Below, one piece after another: positions 30,001 through 38,703 of a stretch of DNA of 64,000 nt. Below the pieces are notes generated by a model. That model was not told the origin of the DNA. It did not search any database and saw only the letters and a list, made by a program, of their open reading frames with translations. The number at the start of each line of letters is the position of its first letter. The first letter of the stretch is position 1. The position numbers were made by a program, and so were the translations under genes. Where the stretch lies: positions 320,001-384,000 of the forward strand of contig JBBRSP010000002.1 in assembly GCA_038245295.1 (NCBI GenBank). Reading direction: 5' to 3'. The DNA is from Candidatus Binatia bacterium. GTDB taxonomy: Bacteria; Desulfobacterota; Binatia; HRBIN30.

Positions 30001-32388
30001 CACTCGGTACTCTCCCGGTTCGTCGATGTCGAAGGTGTATCGAATCGCCTGGCCGGCGCCGAGCGTGGTGCGGGCTGGAAAGCCCTCGTTTAGGCGGCCG
30101 CCGTCGCTGAGCTCGGTCCGTTCCAGCGTCAGACCGAGATGTCCGCGCGACTGTCCTTCGGCCTTGAGCGTTAGCTGGTAGTCGCCTTCGCGCAGGTACT
30201 GGTCGATGTAGAAGTTGCGCCCGGCGCCATTGTCCCGAGCTCGCACGAAGGATGGGTTCATCCGTGTACGCAGGTTGCCCGAGACGGCCAGCAGGCCGGT
30301 GCTTTGCAGGCGATACAACGCCGGCTTGGTGGCGTTGACGAGGAACGTCCGACTCTCCTGCCGGTCCAGATCGAAGAAGGTTGGTGCGTCGGGAGCGACG
30401 ACCGGCAACTTTGGTGGTGTGGCGCGACTCGGATCGGGGAGCGGTGGCAAGGGTGCCCTTGGCTGCATCTTGGATTGCTCCACCGACAGGCTGAGGTTCC
30501 GCGGGGTATCGGTGGCGGCAATCTTGACCGTATGAACCCCGGCTTTGATGGAGGCAGCGACGCTGGCTGCCTGGTCGTCGACGCTGAGAAGGACTGTCGC
30601 ACCAGCATCCGTTTCGCCGCGCAGGATGCCGTCGCTGGCGCTGCGTACGGAGACGGTGACGGGATCGTCGGGACGCTGGCTGATCGGCAAGCCGTTTTCG
30701 AGATCGACGGGAAGCGGGCGCAGCACGAGGCCGACTGGCACGCCCGGCTGTTGGTTCAGGTACAGCTCGGCGACGTGACCTTTGTCCGGCTGGAAGAGGC
30801 TGACGTTGCGCAGTTCAACATTGGGCTGCAGTCGCTGCAGCTCCTTGGTGCGATCGGCGGGGAGCAGACGTTCGAGGACGGCGGCGGGCGACTCGTCGCT
30901 CGGCGCCACGATGGCAACATCGAGGACACCGCGCGACTCAGGCTCCAAGGACAGGACGTAGATGCCCGCGTCGAGCTCCCACTTCGCATCGACGCTGGTC
31001 CAGGCGGGCGGCTCGTATTCTGTCGGGTGGTAGCGCAGGAACGGCTCGAAGCGGAACTTGACGTTGGCGCCGCGTGTCACGACCCGGTAGCTGCCGGCGG
31101 CCGCGACCCGAAAGAAGATTGTCGTGTGATCGAGTACATTGGCGCGGCGCGCCCACGGGTGACTCGAGTCGATTTCGATCAGCTGTGTCGCCAACGGTTC
31201 CGTGTGGATGGAATTGGAGGTCGCATCGTCGATGAGGATACCGGTGGCATCGACGGAGTCGGACGCATCGCCGGCGTGGATGGTCGACACCCAATGGGGC
31301 CCCTGGCTCAGGACCCTCCAACTCCGACCGGTCCATCCCGTGAACGTTCCGGAGTCGAAGTGCTGCAGGATATACGGCTGCCCGGCGGCCCCGCTGACGC
31401 TGACAATGTGCTCGGATTCGCGGTCCGTCTCGAGTTCGGCGACCGGCACGAGAGATGTCTTGTTGATGGTTGCCGTTTCGGCGGTCGACAGCGGGTTCGA
31501 CTCACGGAACGGTCCTTCGCTGAGGGTCAGGTCCCTTGCCGCCGGGATCTCGGCGCGCACGTAGTTGGCTAGGGCTGGCAGAATCCAGCGGTCGGTGCCG
31601 AACGGACCGATGGTGTGACGACTGCGCGCCGCTTCTTGTCGGCGCGGGATGCCGAAGCGCAGATGGAAGGGGCGCGTCGAATCATCGTTGGCCCAGGGCT
31701 GCGATGTGCCGCCGTAGGCGGTGACCAGGTAGAGTCCCGGTTCGAGGTCGGCGACGAGAGTGCAATCGCGCAGAGGATGTCCGCTGTCGGGCTCGATCGT
31801 GTCAATTTTTGGCGCGGCGTCGACGAGCCAGTCGCCATTCTGCCAGAGGCGCAAGTCGGCGAGATGTCGTCCGGCCGCCTCGATGAACACCCAGCGGCGT
31901 TTCGGCACGTCGAGCCAGTACGAGCGTTGCTCGAAGTCGGCGAGGGTGTCGGAGTTGAGCTTCGTTTCGACGAGCAGCCGCGGCGGTGTGTTGCGTTCGT
32001 GGAAGGCGTGGACGGCGAGAGCAGCTTCGCCGCTGGCCTTCTTGTCGCCCTGCGTGATCAGCTTGTAGCTGCCGCGTTCAAAGAAACCGTCAACCCGTCC
32101 ATCCGCTATCCCTGCCGCACCGCTCACGGGGCCGGGGCCTGCCAGGCGGTCGATCACCTGGAGAGCCGAGCCCTGTTTGCTCGTCACGGTCAGCGCGTAG
32201 CGGCCGAACGACGGCAGCGTCGCGATGCACTCCTGACGCCCACTCGCCGGTACAGAGGTGCGGCTGAGTTGCGGCAGATTGGCAGCGACGGCAGTTGTCG
32301 GGCAGCGCACGCTGGCGATTTCGAGCGCCAGGGCAAGCAAGGAAGTGGGCCATATGTGCCGGCAGAGGAGCCGGCGACCCTTGTTCAT
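27031..32388 (-). CDS. Large secreted hypothetical protein (1785 aa) with repeated PPC-like beta modules
   Basis: Signal peptide; modules such as DNGAGRNFYIDQYLREGDYQL and SNDDGPDDWNFQLQQPLQAGTYRL; stop codon 1 bp from the A2M start. Confidence 0.8.
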   Translation of the reverse strand: MNKGRRLLCRHIWPTSLLALALEIASVRCPTTAVAANLPQLSRTSVPASGRQECIATLPSFGRYALTVTSKQGSALQVIDRLAGPGPVSGAAGIADGRVDGFFERGSYKLITQGDKKASGEAALAVHAFHERNTPPRLLVETKLNSDTLADFEQRSYWLDVPKRRWVFIEAAGRHLADLRLWQNGDWLVDAAPKIDTIEPDSGHPLRDCTLVADLEPGLYLVTAYGGTSQPWANDDSTRPFHLRFGIPRRQEAARSRHTIGPFGTDRWILPALANYVRAEIPAARDLTLSEGPFRESNPLSTAETATINKTSLVPVAELETDRESEHIVSVSGAAGQPYILQHFDSGTFTGWTGRSWRVLSQGPHWVSTIHAGDASDSVDATGILIDDATSNSIHTEPLATQLIEIDSSHPWARRANVLDHTTIFFRVAAAGSYRVVTRGANVKFRFEPFLRYHPTEYEPPAWTSVDAKWELDAGIYVLSLEPESRGVLDVAIVAPSDESPAAVLERLLPADRTKELQRLQPNVELRNVSLFQPDKGHVAELYLNQQPGVPVGLVLRPLPVDLENGLPISQRPDDPVTVSVRSASDGILRGETDAGATVLLSVDDQAASVAASIKAGVHTVKIAATDTPRNLSLSVEQSKMQPRAPLPPLPDPSRATPPKLPVVAPDAPTFFDLDRQESRTFLVNATKPALYRLQSTGLLAVSGNLRTRMNPSFVRARDNGAGRNFYIDQYLREGDYQLTLKAEGQSRGHLGLTLERTELSDGGRLNEGFPARTTLGAGQAIRYTFDIDEPGEYRVRSLALSGSVRCRLEDGEGWPIETPNIGADLSRFFDKGHYQIILLPEAIEGRRLTLLERVPQPTELLGHGPHPLPFDQGVEHVWREPVAGQERLDDAWTFSLPAAADITVAINGEMEGSLYAEGHDPAVATLKPGHGWNGSLTAGNYVLRLHDARIDDQATYTLRLSSRQLLAGQDRDLTPPASLDVAVGRDGLVQLASFGSTDVRAALFDQNGNRVASNDDGPDDWNFQLQQPLQAGTYRLQVDPVRAVEVHSLQGSAGPATGDEPNAEAHDDESVPFNDAARDGNDTTVAGVRVSMRAPQEIAHGALALPAQFKVAVSRDSQVYDINSTGDLLIAGVKSAESVVCAIERHDDNGWRVLVTNRGSAFHVAAPLNQAPHRLRLWSLDGRPAEAELSVVAHSAAGIAESAIKNGAVVFQPIAGLTPPLGSVTIRLAHDGLFRVAGHDAMDCSDATGGCDTPVNGLAAARGTFFHLLGPAGQHATLQRVVLGPGDQRAVQPEVRRSTTVDLDAPTGSAVIALATTTVGQPGVRLDEPAAYTARAHAAVAASLATQSRAAVVWSADRQEAPILARLQQFTFAQPKVETASLGGLDITLAKEAARRFDLPTGWKRVHLALQPGLVAVLSNGEHIKTVHWSGDEAADETLDSDADRLTVFQVQGNNRQLRVETVALTEPTLARAIDGDHPFEWSAAAGGILRLRVEDTNTGNGDTLTLHVRGASGDALLLNEDGRITQGSDLTVTGTGGNLIVPHSAGTILAWLNRGTGTLGLWTTDTTTPETTVRPPAVIPLAGASQRLRLDAEPPIVVHIRAAVPAISAVLRGSDEPEVAVHSKRVVLDTYVERPDVLIGLRALGGRALSGTAELTTSPVSPIGEGLGAQVLLAAGTTRFFSFKVAQQGAVGVGVRAAPDRVDVVLYTADGKQLSTGTVQMPDLAPGTYLLAVHAPGDGGPVLVRPALAGVTAPSTGPPNDVIRTYIDGAVAPPTPVASEDED

Positions 32389-32630
32389 GATGGGAGCGGC
32401 TCATACTCCCGTGTTCCGTGACATGGAAGTGGTCGCGCGGTGGTTTGGAAAATAAATACCCCTGAATGAGTGGAGGGTTCGGGGTGCAGGGTTTGGGGTG
32501 CGGTGGATGGGCCCTATGCGTGCACGCCTCGACTGGCGTAGAAGGCCAACGCACTAAGGAGACACTCGATGAACAGCCTCACAACCGCCCACACCGATGG
32601 GCGCCACGGATCCTCGTCGGAGCTATCCCG

Positions 32631-33014
32631 ATGAAGACGGTTGCCGCTGTTCTCGTCAGCGTCGTCGCCGCGTTGCATGTCTACTTCCTGGTGCTCGAGA
32701 TGTTCCTTTGGCAGACCGCGTTCGGCATGAAGGTCCTCGGCCATACTTCAGAGGCCGCCGCGGCGTCGGCTGTGCTCGCTGCCAATCAGGGGCTCTACAA
32801 TGGCTTTCTGGCGGCGGGCCTGCTGTGGGGACTGCTCGCCTACGGCGTCATCCGCGGCCGTGCCATTTTGACGTTCTTTCTTTCCTGTGTTGTGGTCGCC
32901 GGCATCTTCGGCGCGGCGACCGCCAAGCTGGGAATCTTGTTCGTGCAGGGTGTGCCGGCGCTGCTCGCGCTGGTTGCGGTGAGGATGGTGCGCGACGCTG
33001 GTGAGTCGCGGTAG
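32631..33014 (+). CDS. DUF1304-family membrane protein
   Basis: HVYFLVLEMFLW, LAANQGLYNGFLAAGL, ILFVQGVPA. Confidence 0.9.
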   Translation: MKTVAAVLVSVVAALHVYFLVLEMFLWQTAFGMKVLGHTSEAAAASAVLAANQGLYNGFLAAGLLWGLLAYGVIRGRAILTFFLSCVVVAGIFGAATAKLGILFVQGVPALLALVAVRMVRDAGESR

Positions 33015-33042
33015 CTAGCGGCGGTTCGAGGCGGACAGAACC

Positions 33043-33066
33043 GGGCGGTTCCCGAACCGCCCCTAC
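33043..33066 (-). repeat. GTAG-type REP, second family
   Basis: GGGCGGTTCCCGAACCGCCCCTAC palindrome with CTAC foot, just after the stop codon. Confidence 0.75.
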
Positions 33067-33276
33067 AAGATGCCCAGGGATCCACGCCTGCCGATGGTCG
33101 GAGCGCGCCACTCCATGGCGCCCGGAGACGGAACCTTACCCGTACTGAGACACTACCCGAATGGGTGGCTGAATTTTACGCAAGGAATTGCCGCGAATAA
33201 CTGTTCCCAAACCTACGGGAGGCGCGTAGGCGTCATGACATCGAGTCAAAGCGGGCAGTAAGGAGCTACACAATCG

Positions 33277-34218
33277 ATGACGTCCTCCACACGAAATCAT
33301 AATGCCATGCGCCGCACGATCTTCGTGCTCGGCGCATCCTTGGTCGGGTGTCTGGGATGGTCCCAGGCGCAAGCACAAACACCAACACCGACGCCTTCGT
33401 TCCATGTCCACATCACGACTTCGCGCGGCTGTCTGGAAACCGGCGATCACCCGGTTTACCTGATCGGCGAAGCGATCAGCGTCAGTTTCCGCATCGACAG
33501 CACGGCCGTATCTAGTGCCGGCGCAACTCTGGTGGACCGGCTTCCCAACGGCGGTGCCGGGGTTGCGTCGCTCGGACAGGTCGCGACCAACGCCACCTAC
33601 TCCTTCGGCGCGCGCATCGCGCCACCGACGGGCGTCGAAACGCTGGAGCTCAAGGCGACGTCGGCCTCTGTCCCAAGCGCCAAGGGTTACTGCAGCTTCA
33701 TCGTTGCCGGCAGCACGACTCCAGCGCCGACATCCACACCACGCGCCACACGTACGCCGACTCCGACGTATGCCGCCACCGCCACACCGGTCGCCAGCTT
33801 TACGCCGGCGCCGAATGCCTTGAGCCCGATGATCCGCACCAACCGCGGCTGCATCGAGGCCGGCGATGATGCGGTGTTCGCCATCGGTGAGACGATTCTG
33901 ATTTCGTTCAACATCAGCAGCCATCTGCCCGAGCTCGCCGTGGTGTCGATCTGGGACACCTTGCCGAACGGCCAAGTGAACGACTTCCCCTTCGGTCTCC
34001 TATCGACCAATGCGAACTACCGCTTCCGCGGCCGCATCGCGCCGCCAACGGGTGTCGAGCGTCTGCAATTGCGGGCGCGGCGTTATCCGTTCGGTAGTGG
34101 GACGGCAACCAACGACTGCAGTTTCCGCGTCGTGTCATCGCTGCCGGCGACACCAACCCGTACGACGACGGCAACCCCCACGGCCACCGCTACCGCGACG
34201 GCAACTGCAACACCCTGA
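33277..34218 (+). CDS. Secreted protein with two tandem homologous ~100-aa domains and T/P linkers
   Basis: AAGGAG RBS, signal peptide; RGC.E.GD..V..IGE.I..SF.I...LPNG...TNA.Y.F..RIAPPTGVE.L.L.A...CSF.V occurs twice. Confidence 0.75.
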   Translation: MTSSTRNHNAMRRTIFVLGASLVGCLGWSQAQAQTPTPTPSFHVHITTSRGCLETGDHPVYLIGEAISVSFRIDSTAVSSAGATLVDRLPNGGAGVASLGQVATNATYSFGARIAPPTGVETLELKATSASVPSAKGYCSFIVAGSTTPAPTSTPRATRTPTPTYAATATPVASFTPAPNALSPMIRTNRGCIEAGDDAVFAIGETILISFNISSHLPELAVVSIWDTLPNGQVNDFPFGLLSTNANYRFRGRIAPPTGVERLQLRARRYPFGSGTATNDCSFRVVSSLPATPTRTTTATPTATATATATATP

Positions 34219-34234
34219 TCGGGCGCGATGGGCC

Positions 34235-34258
34235 GGTAGGCGCAGGCTTTAGCCTGCG
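34235..34258 (+). repeat. GTAG-type REP supplying the stop codon of the convergent gene
   Basis: GGTAGGCGCAGGCTTTAGCCTGCG; the TTA at 34249-34251 is the stop of 34249-34830(-). Confidence 0.85.
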
Positions 34259-34830
34259 GGATGCTGGCCCGCGATTGGAACCAGGCCACGGACCGCGGCA
34301 GGGGCCTCGACGGCGGCGACAGCGCCGCCGTCGAACGCCGGAACCTGAAGGGCGGCGTAGACACCGAGACCAATGTCCGCGATCAGACACCCAATCGCGT
34401 ACCAGTTCGGGATGAACGCCGTGTGGTCGAAGTGCGACAGATCCCACAGCAGTCCGTGCGCCAGGATGCCGCCGGCCAGATACCACGCGGAACGGCGCAT
34501 GCCGAGCACGGCCGGGACAACGTACAGGACAATCCCGAACAGCTCGATCGGCAACCACCCAGGCTGCGGCGCGCGCAGGTAACTCAGCACGTAGACAAAC
34601 GGCATGGCGCCAAGGAACAGCGCCAGCAGCAGGCGTTCACTCCAGGATCCGCGCCGGCCACTCAGGCGAATCAGCGTAATCCCAACCACCGTCACCACCA
34701 CGGCCGCCGAAGCTTGGTATACTGGCTCCACCAGGTGCGCCAGCGACCAATCCGGAACGAGCCACTGCGCGGCGAAAAGCTGTGCGTACAGGAATGTGAA
34801 GGCCATCACATCGCGAGTGGTTGTTGTCAT
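34249..34830 (-). CDS. Hypothetical polytopic membrane protein (DUF6010-like)
   Basis: Multiple TM segments; LAHGLLWDLSH...IPNWYAIGCLIAD. Confidence 0.65.
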   Translation of the reverse strand: MTTTTRDVMAFTFLYAQLFAAQWLVPDWSLAHLVEPVYQASAAVVVTVVGITLIRLSGRRGSWSERLLLALFLGAMPFVYVLSYLRAPQPGWLPIELFGIVLYVVPAVLGMRRSAWYLAGGILAHGLLWDLSHFDHTAFIPNWYAIGCLIADIGLGVYAALQVPAFDGGAVAAVEAPAAVRGLVPIAGQHPAG

Positions 34831-34918
34831 CAGCCAACGTTACCTCATGGGGCGCCGTGTCATGAAGGACGAACACCCGGCAATTCCGGCCACCATGGAC
34901 GACCCGCGGGTGGTTACG

Positions 34919-36295
34919 TCACGAGAACCCGTAACGTGTCATCTTGTTCAGCAGCCCCTGGCGCGACAAGCCAAGCTCTTCCGCGGCATGGGTGCGATTG
35001 CCGTGATGTTTGGCGAGGGCACGCTCGATCTCCTGGCGTTCGAGGGCTTCGACGCGCTCGGTTAAGGACCGTGGCGCGGCGTCGATGACGGTCGCTGTTG
35101 TGCTCGACGTTTTGAAGGACAGGTCGTTGGCCTCGATACACTCACGGCTGCCACACAGCACGGAGGCGCGCTGCATCTCGTGTCGCAGCTCGCGCAGATT
35201 GCCTGGCCAGGGATGCTCCAACAAGGCGGCTTCCGCTTGCGGGCTCAGCGTCTTGGGGCGGGTGTTCAGTGTCAGCGCCGCGGCCTGGTTCAAGAAGAAC
35301 GCCGCCAGGAGCGGAATGTCACTGCGCCGCTCGCGCAAAGCCGGCAAGGTGATCTCAGCACCGCGGATACGCCAGTAGAGGTCCTCGCGGAACTGCCCCG
35401 ATCGCTGCAGCGCCGCCAGATCCTGATTGGTCGCCGAGATGATTCGTACGTCAACCTTGCGCGGCCGGTCGGCACCGACCGGCATGATCTCGCCCGATTC
35501 GAGGGCGCGCAGCAGTTTGACCTGCAACGGTGCGGGCATATCGCCGATCTCGTCCAGGAACAGGCTGCCACCGTCGGCCTCCACCATCATGCCGGCGTGA
35601 TCCTTGATGGCGCCCGTGAACGAGCCGCGGCGATGCCCGAACAACGTCGACTCGAACAGGTTCTCCGGGATGGCGCCGCAATTGACCGTCATCAGCGGTG
35701 CGGCGTGGCGGGTGCTGCGCTCATGGATGAAGCGCGCCACCAGCTCCTTGCCGGTGCCATTCTCGCCGCGAATCAGAATCGGCAGCATCGTCGGCGCAAA
35801 GCGCCCGGCCATCTCGAGGGCGGCGCGAAACGGTGCACTATCGCCGATCAGGCTGTCGCGCGGTCGCGCTTGGGCCAACGACTGGCGCAAGTCAACGAGC
35901 TCGCGTTCGAGCTCGAAGCGTTGCATGGCGCGCCGCACCACCGTCAGCAACACATCCGGATCGGCCGGCTTGGTGATGAAGTCGTAGGCGCCGTCGCGCA
36001 CCGCCTGCAGCATCGTCGGCATGTCGCCTGCTCCGGAGACGATGATTACTTTCGCTTCGGGACGCACCGAAAGGACCGCCTTCAGCTGATCCAAGCCGGC
36101 CTGTGCGGTCCCGTCGGGAGGCAGCATCAGATCGAGCAGCACCACAGCATAGGCTTGCTTCGCGATGGCGGCTCGGCAGCTATCTCGGTCGTCGGCCTGA
36201 TCAACGATGTAGCCCTGCGTGCGCAGCAAGCCGCGATAGACGTCGCGGAAGGCGTCATCGTCATCGACCAGTAGAACCGAAGCGGGCGCGCTCAT
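34919..36295 (-). CDS. Sigma54-dependent response regulator (NtrC family)
   Basis: REC domain; GENGTGKEL, ESTLFGHRRGSFTGA, FLDEIG, FREDLYWR, WPGNLREL; Fis-type HTH. Confidence 0.95.
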   Translation of the reverse strand: MSAPASVLLVDDDDAFRDVYRGLLRTQGYIVDQADDRDSCRAAIAKQAYAVVLLDLMLPPDGTAQAGLDQLKAVLSVRPEAKVIIVSGAGDMPTMLQAVRDGAYDFITKPADPDVLLTVVRRAMQRFELERELVDLRQSLAQARPRDSLIGDSAPFRAALEMAGRFAPTMLPILIRGENGTGKELVARFIHERSTRHAAPLMTVNCGAIPENLFESTLFGHRRGSFTGAIKDHAGMMVEADGGSLFLDEIGDMPAPLQVKLLRALESGEIMPVGADRPRKVDVRIISATNQDLAALQRSGQFREDLYWRIRGAEITLPALRERRSDIPLLAAFFLNQAAALTLNTRPKTLSPQAEAALLEHPWPGNLRELRHEMQRASVLCGSRECIEANDLSFKTSSTTATVIDAAPRSLTERVEALERQEIERALAKHHGNRTHAAEELGLSRQGLLNKMTRYGFS

Positions 36296-36313
36296 CCCTG
36301 TGCCTTCTCAAAT

Positions 36314-37912
36314 TCACGCCGCCGGCACAATGCGCTGAACCATCGGCAGGTGTACCTCGAACGACGCGCCGCCGAGCTCGGATCCGGGGGCGACGCGGAG
36401 AGAGCCCTGATGGCGTTCGACGATTCCCTTGGCGATCGCCAGACCAAGACCGGTGCCGGTGTGTTTGCCCTGGCGTTTGCGACCGCTGACGAACGGTTCG
36501 AAGAGTCGCCCCCGCAGAGCCTCGGGAATCCCCGTGCCGTTATCGTCAACGCCAATGCAAATCTCGCCGTCCTGCTTTGCTGCGCGAACGCGACAAACGC
36601 GCCGCGGCTGTGCCTCGAGCGTATGCACGGCGTTGGCGAGTAGAATGATCATCACTTGCATGATCTGTCCCTGGTCGGCCTCGATTATCAAATTCGGCAA
36701 ACGATCGAGGCCATCCCAAGTGATGCTCGCGGCGTCAGGCTCTCCCTGTATGACCGTCGAATGCGCCAAGCGAATGGTGTTGGCGACGTCGATGAGGCGT
36801 AGCTCGAGCGGCCGCGGCCGTCCGTATTGCAGCAGGTCATCGACGAACGTGCTGGCGCGCTCGACCTGGTTGCGCACGGCATTCAGAACCTCGGCCTGCG
36901 GGGCGCCCGATTCGAGCAGCCGCAGGTTGGCGGCAATGACGCCGAGCGGATTACGGATCTCGTGCGCCACGGCCGAGACGAACGTACCGATCTCGGCGAG
37001 GCGCTCGGCCTGGTCGGCGCGTTGTTCTTGTTGCGCCAGTTGCTCGGCGAGCTCGTGTGAACCGACGTGGCGTCGCAGCAGGCGGCGACCAATCAACTGC
37101 TGCACGTGCTGGCGCGCCGGCTCGAAGGCCAGTGCCGCCATGCACAGGAGAAAGAACGCACCGAAGCGATACTGCCGCAGGAGCGGCTCGGCGGACTGAT
37201 TCATCAGTGTCATGGCACCGAACAGGAAGCCGGCCCACAGAAATGCGGTCATCGCCGCGTAGAGGAGGCTGCGGTCGAGCAGCTGACGGCCCGCTGCCTG
37301 CTGTGCCTGCCGCAAGAGGCTGGTGAGCAGCAACAACGACGCGAGCACCAGCAGCATCGGATAGGGGACAATCATGCCGTGTGTCAGCGTGAACGAATTC
37401 AACATGGCACCGAACGACCCGAGGGCTCCGGAGAACGCCAAGGTACGCAGCTGGCGGCGTGTCGGCGCATCGGCAGACGGGTAGGCGCGGGCGATCTGCA
37501 ACAACGGGATAGCCGCTGCCGCGACGGAGAGCAGGTTGACCGGCCAGTAGGCTGGGCCCGGCTCGAGTGTGGTCGGCGCGTAGAGCAGCCCCGGCCAAAA
37601 GACGCCGAGCAACGTGATGGCCGCGGCGACGGCGTAGACGAACCAGACGAAGGCGTAGTTACGCTGGCGCGTGAAATCGTACGCCGTATGAATGAAGGCG
37701 GCGGCGACAAAGGCGCCGACCTGCGCCAGGCGGCGACCGATCTCCGGACCATTGGGGAACGCCAGCGACACCAGCACCGCGGTCCAGAGGGCGACGGCGC
37801 CGCAGTAACACGTCAGACCGCGTAGCGAACGCCCATACAGCAACAGCGACAGGAAGAGCAGCAGGGAGACCGACAGGACCGGGATCAGGCTGTAGACGTA
37901 GAGAGGGGTCAT
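36314..37912 (-). CDS. Sensor histidine kinase with multi-TM N-terminus
   Basis: Many TM helices; VAHEIRNPL, DDNGTGI, LFEPF, GTGLGL; start placed at MTPLYV (37912). Confidence 0.92.
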   Translation of the reverse strand: MTPLYVYSLIPVLSVSLLLFLSLLLYGRSLRGLTCYCGAVALWTAVLVSLAFPNGPEIGRRLAQVGAFVAAAFIHTAYDFTRQRNYAFVWFVYAVAAAITLLGVFWPGLLYAPTTLEPGPAYWPVNLLSVAAAAIPLLQIARAYPSADAPTRRQLRTLAFSGALGSFGAMLNSFTLTHGMIVPYPMLLVLASLLLLTSLLRQAQQAAGRQLLDRSLLYAAMTAFLWAGFLFGAMTLMNQSAEPLLRQYRFGAFFLLCMAALAFEPARQHVQQLIGRRLLRRHVGSHELAEQLAQQEQRADQAERLAEIGTFVSAVAHEIRNPLGVIAANLRLLESGAPQAEVLNAVRNQVERASTFVDDLLQYGRPRPLELRLIDVANTIRLAHSTVIQGEPDAASITWDGLDRLPNLIIEADQGQIMQVMIILLANAVHTLEAQPRRVCRVRAAKQDGEICIGVDDNGTGIPEALRGRLFEPFVSGRKRQGKHTGTGLGLAIAKGIVERHQGSLRVAPGSELGGASFEVHLPMVQRIVPAA

Positions 37913-38143
37913 CCGAAACCCTTCAAACCACGGATCCTCGGACGAAGCACGACCGGAACTCCGCCGACGCCAATTCACTCACTCTCCTGGATCTCCAATA
38001 CGGCCCGCGTGAGGTCCTCGATTTTCATCTTCGGCCTCGCACCGGCGCAGGGCGAGCTCCTCGGGCCGTCGTATGGCCAGCCCCACTCCATCCTCCAAAA
38101 CGCTGAGAGTGCATTGCAGTGCGAAGTCCCCTCACCCCGGACC

Positions 38144-38405
38144 CAATGTCATCAAGTTAGCGAGAGGAGTCCGTCGTCCCGGCCTCCGAGTCTGTCGACT
38201 TTCTCTGGTTCATCGTTTGAAACAGCGCAAACACCCCGTCATACCGGCGAAAGCCGGTATCTCCCCAGCATTCTCGGCCTTCCACTCGAGGAGATCCCGG
38301 CTTTCGCCGGGATGACGTTGCCTCATTTCAGTTTACCGACAGTCTCCTCCTCCGGTATGATGAGGCTCCGCATTGGCCCTTACCCTCGCTAACTTAACGA
38401 CATTG
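38144..38405. mobile_element. 262-bp non-autonomous MITE with IS4-like TIRs
   Basis: TIRs CAATGTCATCAAGTTAGCGAG (38144-38164) and reverse complement at 38385-38405 (19/21); flanks ACCCCGGACC and ACACCGGACC (10-bp TSD, one mismatch). Confidence 0.75.
38237..38317. repeat. CGTC-type REP doublet nested in the MITE
   Basis: CGTCATACCGGCGAAAGCCGGTATCTCC ... GGAGATCCCGGCTTTCGCCGGGATGACG. Confidence 0.8.
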
Positions 38406-38500
38406 ACACCGGACCCACCCGGACCCTCTCCCGCCCTTGGCGCTTCCGGTTGACTCGGTAGAGGGAGCTTTGGGCTTTCCGTCACTGCTCGTGAATAGAA

Positions 38501-38516
38501 TGCAGACGGCGTGCCA
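38501..38516 (-). promoter_or_regulatory. Putative sigma54 promoter facing the kinase/regulator operon
   Basis: TGGCAC-GCCGT-CTGCA. Confidence 0.55.
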
Positions 38517-38660
38517 CCGTTCGAACAGTACACGGCGGTATCCCGGAGAGGGCCACGCGACGGGCGCGCCGTACACGCTGTGGACAGTCGCCGTGCGCTC
38601 AGTGGGCAGCCCGACCATGACCACCGACCCTAAGCGCCGTTCCCCGCCTCCGGCCGAAGG

Positions 38661-38676
38661 TGGCACATGGCGTGCA
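38661..38676 (+). promoter_or_regulatory. Putative sigma54 promoter of the PspA-like gene
   Basis: TGGCAC-ATGGC-GTGCA, then GGAGGA RBS and ATG at 38704. Confidence 0.7.
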
Positions 38677-38703
38677 CTGCTGAGGGCGCAGGAGGAATGA
38701 ACA

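Noticed and set aside
37974..38091. Short minus-strand ORFs upstream of the sensor kinase
   Set aside because: Two competing frames, no recognisable motif; cannot be supported
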